This document shows, in pieces, positions 26,292-32,000 of a stretch of DNA of 32,000 nt; position 1 is the first letter of the stretch; each line of letters starts with the position of its first letter. The notes under the pieces were generated by a model. That model worked only from the letters and a program-made list of their open reading frames with translations, was not told the origin of the DNA and ran no database searches. Origin of the DNA: an uncultured Clostridia bacterium (GTDB lineage: Bacteria > Bacillota > Clostridia > Christensenellales > Aristaeellaceae). The stretch covers positions 4,985 to 36,984 of the forward strand of contig CALCTW010000107.1 in the NCBI GenBank assembly GCA_937907055.1. The letters run 5' to 3'. Position numbers and translations under genes: made by a program.

Positions 26292-27026
26292 TCAGGCGCC
26301 CTGTTCGGTCTGGCAGGCGACCAGCGTGGCGTCATGCACGCCGGGGATCTCCAGCATACGGGCCACGAGGGTGGTGTGCTGCGCCAGGCGGACTTCCACA
26401 GTCATTTCCACACCGTTGCGGGTCATGGTCTGGGAACGCATACGATGACGGGGCGCGATGGAATTCAGCTGACTTTCGATGGCAGGCTCGGCCACTTCAT
26501 CATAGTGCAGCACCAGCAGATAGCTGGAACCATTGGAGAACTTGACATAGTGCAGACCGACGACCACCGCGCACATGCACAGCACAACGATCAGCGCGAT
26601 CAGATAGTATTCAGCGCCCAGCAGGATGCCCATGGTGATGGACCAGAACATGTACACGGTATCCAGCGGATCCTTGACCGCGGTACGGAAACGCACGATG
26701 GACAGCGCGCCGACCATACCCATGGAAAGCGCCACATTGCTGCCGATGGCCATCACGACAGGCGCGGTCACGATGCAAAGCAGGATCAGTGTCATGGAGA
26801 AATTGGGGCTGTACAGCACACCGCGATAGGTCTTGCGGTACACGAAGGCGATCAGCAGACCGACGACCAACGCGGACAGGATGACTGCCACCGCGCTCAG
26901 GGGGCTGAAGTTGGCGAACTGCTGCGCGATCCAGCCCTGGAAGCCGGGCGCGGAGGGAGCGGAAGAGGAAGCGGCGGTGCCGGCAGCGGACGCGGCGGGG
27001 AAAATCGTTTCGATCAGTTCATTCAT
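26292..27026 (-). CDS. DUF4956-family integral membrane protein
   Basis: 244 aa with about four TM segments. The motif GALSIVRFRTAVKDPLDTVYMFWSI is characteristic of DUF4956. A soluble C-terminal tail of about 75 aa follows. RBS GGAGG. Confidence 0.7.
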   Translation of the reverse strand: MNELIETIFPAASAAGTAASSSAPSAPGFQGWIAQQFANFSPLSAVAVILSALVVGLLIAFVYRKTYRGVLYSPNFSMTLILLCIVTAPVVMAIGSNVALSMGMVGALSIVRFRTAVKDPLDTVYMFWSITMGILLGAEYYLIALIVVLCMCAVVVGLHYVKFSNGSSYLLVLHYDEVAEPAIESQLNSIAPRHRMRSQTMTRNGVEMTVEVRLAQHTTLVARMLEIPGVHDATLVACQTEQGA

Positions 27027-27113
27027 GGTTCATAACCTCCGGTGAATTTTCATTTTTTATCGTGCGAGGAAGCCGTGCGGCTCCTGTGATCAGGGGGTGA
27101 GGATCCGTCTGGA

Positions 27114-30100
27114 TCAATCCGCCGGCTTGGGCGGGCAGGGAGAACCGAAGTAGTATTCCATCTGCGCGTTGGACAGACCGAATTGTTTCTGGAACAGGGT
27201 GTAGATGTAATAGGGGCGTTTGTTGATAACATTCTGCAAACGACGGATACGGGTGTTCCAGTAACGGAGCAGACCATCGGCGGAGGAGGGAGAGTCACTG
27301 TTGACCAGCTTGGTCTCCTGCGTCCATTTGACCGCCCACAGCTTGAAGTGCCATTCCATTTCGGGCTCGATCAGCCGGTACAGTTCATCCAGCGTAGTCA
27401 TCATACGGTCGACAGTCAGGTTCTTATAGATGTTGCCGATCTTGGTGTAGAACAGCTCCTGATACTCCGGTACCTCCAGGATCTTGCGGAAGATGACATT
27501 GTTGATCTTCTGCTGACCCATGCCCTCCGGCTTCATGTAGGACCAGGGCGAATCGAAGGCGCTGTTGAACATGCCGTAGTCAAGGTCGAACAGCAGACAC
27601 TTCCATTTGGCGCCCGGGGTGGGCAGCCTGTAGAAGAGGATGTTACCGGGGTCGCTGTTGCCAAAGAACATTTCGATGGCGAACCAGTCCAGATAATTGT
27701 CGATGTCCACGTTCGCGTCCAGATAGGCGCGGTCCGAGGCATTGGTGCCGGGGTTCATGGTCTTGAGCGTGTTCACCATGGCGCGCCATTCGGTGTTGGT
27801 GCCCTGCACCACAGAACCGCTGGCGCGAAGGATGGTGATATCATCCACCTTCTCCAGATCCAGCCCTTCGTGCTGCGCGATACAGTAGCGGTCCTTGCGC
27901 TCACGCATGTTGTAATGGCCGTAGAACGCGCCGTTCAGATACACCACGGTGGGCTGCCAGGCCAGAGAGATGATATTCGTATCCACATAGCGCTCCACCA
28001 GCACGGTCTGGAAGCCGTCCACAAGGCGGGTCCACACACAGTCGTTGCCGGAGTTGCGCAGGGTGAAGCTCTTGTAGAAGCTGTAATCGCGCGGCGTCAG
28101 CGCGTCCTCAAACAGCGGATACTCAAAATACTTGTGACCGCTGCTGGCCTGCGCGCGGATCTTGAAGGACTTCTGCGGCATATCCAGCGAGTAGTCGCCC
28201 AGCAGCGACACCTTCACGCCCTGGCTGATGACGGCGGTCTTATCGCCGCTCTGCTCAAAGACCTCCACATAGCCGGGCCGCGCGATCTTGCCGAATTCGC
28301 GGTAGACCGTGTGCTTGAACGGCAGCTTGCCCGGCTCCTTCACGGCATCAGGACCGTCCGCCAGCATACCGGTGTTCTGATTCCACAGTTCATAGGGATC
28401 CACCACCAGCGAGACCACCCTTACCGTGTGATAGGTGTTCATAATGTAGGTAGCGGTGATGGGATCGGAGGCCTGCAGGCCGGTACGGTACGCCCTCGCC
28501 CGCAGCACCAGATTGTTCTGGATCAGGAACGGGGCGGTATAGACCTCGCTGTTTTCCAGCGTGGGGACGGAGCCGTCCGTGGTATAGCGCACGGTCGTTC
28601 CCTCCGGCACATTGATGCCGACGATGACCTCGCCGGTGTACAGACCGCTCTCAAGCGTGAAGGAAGGAGCCTGGGCATAGCCGACAAAACCGTCTCTGTT
28701 CGCCGCGCCGGGCGTGGCCGTACTATAATAAAAAAAACCGGCAGCGCCTTCGGTGCGCCCGTAGGACACGTCCGTCGGGAGCGCGGGGATGTAGATCCTG
28801 TCCAGCACATTGCCCTGCGGATCGGAAAGTGTCATCATTTCACCGCCTGCCCTTGAAAGAGCGAAAGACGCGTGCAGCTGCGACGCGTCTGTACCGGCGG
28901 ATGCGCTCTTATCCAGCAGCACCACTTTATATTCACCCGGCCAGATCTGCGTTCCCTGCGGGAACTGCCATTTTCGCGGCCAGTTGACATTATCACTCAG
29001 ACCCCACCCGGACAGATCCACCACGGCATCCGTCGGGTTATGGATCTCCACCCAGTCACAGGCAGCCAGCCCGCTGATCGCCTGGGTCTTATCCGCGCCG
29101 CTCATCAGCTCTGTGATGATGACGCGGGTCTTGTTGTTGGCCCGCATCACCTCGTCCGCCTTGGCAATGCCGGCAGAGGTGTTGGGCAGGGTGGGCGTCG
29201 GCATGGTGAAGATCTTCCACTGCAGCGTGTCATAATCGCGGCCGTAACTGACGTCCTTGCCCATGGTCTCGTAGGTGACCTGATCTACCAGCTCACCCGT
29301 GAGGGTGGAAAGGGTAATGGTCTCGCCGTCCGCGCGCAGGCTGAAGTTGGTGTGGGCGAAGTAGGTGCCCTCCTCCACCTTGTTCTTGCCGGAAGCAAAG
29401 ACCAGATAATAACCGTTCGCGGGGATGACCGCGTTTTCGGGGAAGGACCACTTGACGCGCTTGGCGGGATCATCGCTCAGCGCGTAATTTGCCAGGCTGA
29501 TCGGACGATCGGAAAGATTGCGGATCTCGATCCAGTCGCTCAGATCCCCGTCCGCGTCGGGCAGCAGATTGGCCCGGGGCGCGGCGCAGACCTCATTGAT
29601 GACCAGGCTGCTCACATCCACACGGAAGCTTTCAAGGAAAGCGGCGTGTCCGTCAAAGGTATTGGGGAAAAGCGGAGAATAATCATCCGTAACGGAGTAG
29701 GTATCCTCCGGGATGCCGTTCGCGGGATCGGCCAAAGTGAGGATGTAGCTTTCATCTTCATTTAAGATGGGCACATCCACATGCTCAAGCTCACGTCCGG
29801 AACTGTCAAACAGGAAGACCGAGCAGCCCATGGAGGAAAGATTGAACTTGGCATGGAAAACATCGCCCGCCTCACTGCGGTTGACATTATCGCAGAAGAC
29901 GATCACGCGGCCGCCGGCAGGCAGCACATAATCCGGGAAGAAAAACTTAAGACGGTCGCTGCGGTTGGAAAGGCCGGTATTCTGCAGGTTCATGTCGTGA
30001 TCCGTGGTGTTCCACAGCTCCACCCAGTCCACAAATTTGCCCTCTTCATTGGGATACGCGCCGGAATTGGAGGTCATGATCTCGCTGATGCGAAGACCGG

Positions 30101-30272
30101 CGTGATCACCGTCGCCGCCTGCCGCGTTATAGGCCACATTGGCCGGCAGACAGCCGAGACCGCTGATGGCGCTCAGCGCGGCCACCGCGGCGATCAGCGC
30201 GACGACAAGCAGAACAAACGCCACGCCGACGGATGTCTGTTTATGATATTCCCTTCGGGACATTCTATCCAT
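27114..30272 (-). CDS. Membrane-anchored extracytoplasmic CotH-family (atypical kinase) protein with three lamin-tail domains and a chitobiase/hexosaminidase-C-like Ig domain
   Basis: N-terminal signal-anchor VGVAFVLLVVALIAAVAALSAI. Three LTD repeats: LRISEIM..DWVELWN, LVINEV..DWIEIRN and VIITELM..DWVEIHN. Next comes TVRYTTDGSVPT, then the CotH region YSLDMPQKSFKIRA..FTLRNSGND..NYLDWFAIEMFFGNSDPGN. Confidence 0.75.
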   Translation of the reverse strand: MDRMSRREYHKQTSVGVAFVLLVVALIAAVAALSAISGLGCLPANVAYNAAGGDGDHAGLRISEIMTSNSGAYPNEEGKFVDWVELWNTTDHDMNLQNTGLSNRSDRLKFFFPDYVLPAGGRVIVFCDNVNRSEAGDVFHAKFNLSSMGCSVFLFDSSGRELEHVDVPILNEDESYILTLADPANGIPEDTYSVTDDYSPLFPNTFDGHAAFLESFRVDVSSLVINEVCAAPRANLLPDADGDLSDWIEIRNLSDRPISLANYALSDDPAKRVKWSFPENAVIPANGYYLVFASGKNKVEEGTYFAHTNFSLRADGETITLSTLTGELVDQVTYETMGKDVSYGRDYDTLQWKIFTMPTPTLPNTSAGIAKADEVMRANNKTRVIITELMSGADKTQAISGLAACDWVEIHNPTDAVVDLSGWGLSDNVNWPRKWQFPQGTQIWPGEYKVVLLDKSASAGTDASQLHASFALSRAGGEMMTLSDPQGNVLDRIYIPALPTDVSYGRTEGAAGFFYYSTATPGAANRDGFVGYAQAPSFTLESGLYTGEVIVGINVPEGTTVRYTTDGSVPTLENSEVYTAPFLIQNNLVLRARAYRTGLQASDPITATYIMNTYHTVRVVSLVVDPYELWNQNTGMLADGPDAVKEPGKLPFKHTVYREFGKIARPGYVEVFEQSGDKTAVISQGVKVSLLGDYSLDMPQKSFKIRAQASSGHKYFEYPLFEDALTPRDYSFYKSFTLRNSGNDCVWTRLVDGFQTVLVERYVDTNIISLAWQPTVVYLNGAFYGHYNMRERKDRYCIAQHEGLDLEKVDDITILRASGSVVQGTNTEWRAMVNTLKTMNPGTNASDRAYLDANVDIDNYLDWFAIEMFFGNSDPGNILFYRLPTPGAKWKCLLFDLDYGMFNSAFDSPWSYMKPEGMGQQKINNVIFRKILEVPEYQELFYTKIGNIYKNLTVDRMMTTLDELYRLIEPEMEWHFKLWAVKWTQETKLVNSDSPSSADGLLRYWNTRIRRLQNVINKRPYYIYTLFQKQFGLSNAQMEYYFGSPCPPKPAD

Positions 30273-30301
30273 ATATGAATACTCCTGAAATGTTGTTAAA
30301 A

Positions 30302-30334
30302 CAGGTACCGCACAAGTACCTGATCATTATAACA
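30302..30334 (-). promoter_or_regulatory. CotH operon promoter (extended -10) with a 7-bp inverted repeat at the expected transcription start
   Basis: Minus strand reads TGTTATAAT (30334-30326). CAGGTAC-N7-GTACCTG lies at 30322-30302, immediately downstream. Confidence 0.45.
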
Positions 30335-30472
30335 CAAAATACCGCCCAATAAAAGTGCTTCCGTTCGCATTTTCTTGTAAAATCGCCACATAAATATGAA
30401 TAAATGAAGTCAGAAAAACGGCATCCGCGCGCCCGCGGCGGATCAATGCCACATTTTGATCCGTTTTTCCCC

Positions 30473-30501
30473 TGTACAAGCCCACGACCCTTTGATATAA
30501 T
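30473..30501 (+). promoter_or_regulatory. Promoter of the 170-aa membrane protein gene (extended -10)
   Basis: TGTACA (30473-30478), a 17-nt spacer ending in TG, then TATAAT (30496-30501). Confidence 0.5.
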
Positions 30502-30538
30502 GAGATCATGAAAAACGATTCTGAAGGAGTGACGATCG

Positions 30539-31051
30539 TTGTTATATACAGAAAATGATCTGCAGGCTGTAACCGCGCAGATGAAAAAACGCCGTGCCGT
30601 GCTGCTCGCGGTGCTGGGGATCGCCCTGGTGCTGATGGTGCTCAACTATGTCGTGCTTCGCCTGCCTGTCCGCGCGGACATCAAGAGCGGCCACCAGAAT
30701 GATTATCTTTATCTTTATTATGTCATTGCCCTCGCGGCGCTTTTCTTCTCCATCTTCTGGACAGATCTGTTCATGCGCCCGGTCAAGGCCTATCAGAGGC
30801 TGCTCGCGCACGCGCTGCACGGCCGCACCCGTCAGTATGAATACACCTATCGGGATCGCGAGAGCGAGACCGTGATGCGGGACGCTGTCAAACTGGTGCC
30901 GCTCACGATGACCGAGGGCGATCCCAAGGATGAGAAAAACGAAAGACTGCTTTATTACGATGCTCTGCTTCCCTTCCCGGACTGGCAGACCGGCGAGACC
31001 TTGCGCCTCATCACGCATGATAAAGTCATCGTCGGCTGGGAACGGACTTAA
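30539..31051 (+). CDS. Hypothetical membrane protein (two TM segments), TTG start
   Basis: RBS GAAGGAG lies 9 nt before TTG 30539. TM segments are AVLLAVLGIALVLMVLNYVVL and YVIALAALFFSIFWTDLF. Stop is TAA. Confidence 0.55.
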   Translation: MLYTENDLQAVTAQMKKRRAVLLAVLGIALVLMVLNYVVLRLPVRADIKSGHQNDYLYLYYVIALAALFFSIFWTDLFMRPVKAYQRLLAHALHGRTRQYEYTYRDRESETVMRDAVKLVPLTMTEGDPKDEKNERLLYYDALLPFPDWQTGETLRLITHDKVIVGWERT

Positions 31052-31084
31052 AAAACATCGAACAGCACAGGAGGATGATCCCAT

Positions 31085-32000
31085 GGAGAATCAACCGAAT
31101 ATCGTGATTCTGAAGGAACAGCTGGCCGAACTGCAGCAGAAAATGAGCGCGTACAATCACGCGCTGAGCCTGCTCAGCTTTGACGGCGCCACCATCGCGC
31201 CTCGCGGCACCACATCAAACCGCGCGCGTACGCTGGGCGTGCTGAGCGGCGAAAGCTATAAGCTTTCCACCGGTGAAGAAACCATCGCCCTTCTCGAGGC
31301 GCTGGATGATCGCAGGGATGAACTGACCGCCCGTGAGCAGCGCCAGGTGGAAATGCTGCTCAAGGATATCCGCCGGATGCAGAAGATCCCCTTTGACGAG
31401 TATGTCGCCTATCAGGAGCTGCTCGCCGAGGCGGATGACATCTGGCATACCGCCAAGGAAAACAGTGATTTCGCGCTGTTTGAGCCCTATCTTGAAAAGA
31501 TCGTGGCCACCGTGCGCCGGATCGCGCAGCTGTGCGCGCCGGAGAAGGATCCCTATGATTACTGGCTGAACGAATACGAAGAAGGCCTTTCCGCCGAAAA
31601 GTGCGACGCCTTCTTTGCCACCGTGCGTGCCCGTCTGGTGCCGCTTCTGAAAAAGGTGGCGTCTGTTCCTCAGGTGGATGACGCCTGTGTGAAGGGCGCC
31701 TTCACCGATCAGCAGCAGGAGGCGTTCTCCCGCTTCCTGATGGAGCAGATGGGGCTGGACATGGATCATGTGACCCTCGCGACCACCGAACATCCCTTCA
31801 CCACCTCCCTGGGCTCTCATCTGGATGAGCGCATCACCACCCATTATATCTCCGAGGATCTTTCCTCCTCCATGTTCTCCGTCATCCATGAGGGCGGTCA
31901 TGCCCTGTATGACACCGGCAGCGACGACGAACTGGCCTACACCGTGCTGGACGGCGGCGTGAGCATGTCCATCCACGAGAGCCAGAGCCGTTTTTATGAG
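31085..32000 (+). CDS. Carboxypeptidase, M32 family (Taq-like metallocarboxypeptidase), 3'-truncated by the window edge
   Basis: I translated this by hand; it is absent from the ORF track because no stop lies in the window. RBS AGGAGG precedes it. The product is MENQPNIVILKEQLAELQQKM..EHPFTTS..VIHEGGHALYD (HEXXH)..IHESQSRFYE. Confidence 0.8.

Noticed and set aside
30265-30645. 126-aa minus-strand ORF spanning the CotH upstream region
   Set aside because: It overlaps both divergent promoters and the start of the plus-strand membrane protein gene. It has no RBS and its Cys/Arg-rich composition is unlike a real protein.
1-32000. CRISPR arrays, rRNA, transposases/IS elements, prophage or known defence-system genes
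   Set aside because: None found. There are no spaced direct-repeat arrays and no integrase, transposase, restriction or abortive-infection-like ORFs on either strand.

Overview
GC-rich chromosomal segment that looks like a Clostridia-class Firmicute: it has an IspH-ribosomal protein S1 fusion gene, cmk-plsC-ispH/rpsA synteny, AGGAGG-type RBSs and sigma-A-like promoters. I support about 25 protein genes and one tRNA-Leu(CAA). In order they are: an acyl-ACP thioesterase, an ArsB/NhaD-type permease, metY, three secreted glycoside hydrolases (GH95, GH5, GH43-CBM6), an amidase, a NUDIX hydrolase, a heterodimeric ABC exporter pair, a split chromate-transporter pair whose second half is fused to an ICMT-like methyltransferase, a secreted PIG-L deacetylase, purC, ispH/rpsA, plsC, cmk, a VTC-domain/DUF4956/CotH trio, a small membrane protein and a partial M32 carboxypeptidase. 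I saw no rRNA, CRISPR array, transposase, integrase or prophage genes. Three things deserve a second look. (1) A strongly expressed-looking 31-codon ORF packed with Met and Cys codons, followed by a terminator with a competing antiterminator pairing, sits directly upstream of metY. It may be a leader-peptide Met/Cys attenuator where an S-box or T-box would be expected. (2) Two otherwise intact, conserved enzymes (thioesterase, amidase) each carry a single in-frame TAG, while none of the 24 inferred termination codons in the window is TAG. That is either two fresh pseudogenes or errors, or a hint of amber read-through or reassignment. (3) The operon of a membrane-anchored, extracytoplasmic CotH kinase with three lamin-tail domains, a DUF4956 membrane protein and a cytosolic VTC polyphosphate-polymerase-like protein has no characterised function in bacteria as far as I know. 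It could be a polyphosphate synthesis/translocation system feeding an extracellular kinase. All family calls come from motif recognition by eye, not from HMM or BLAST searches.
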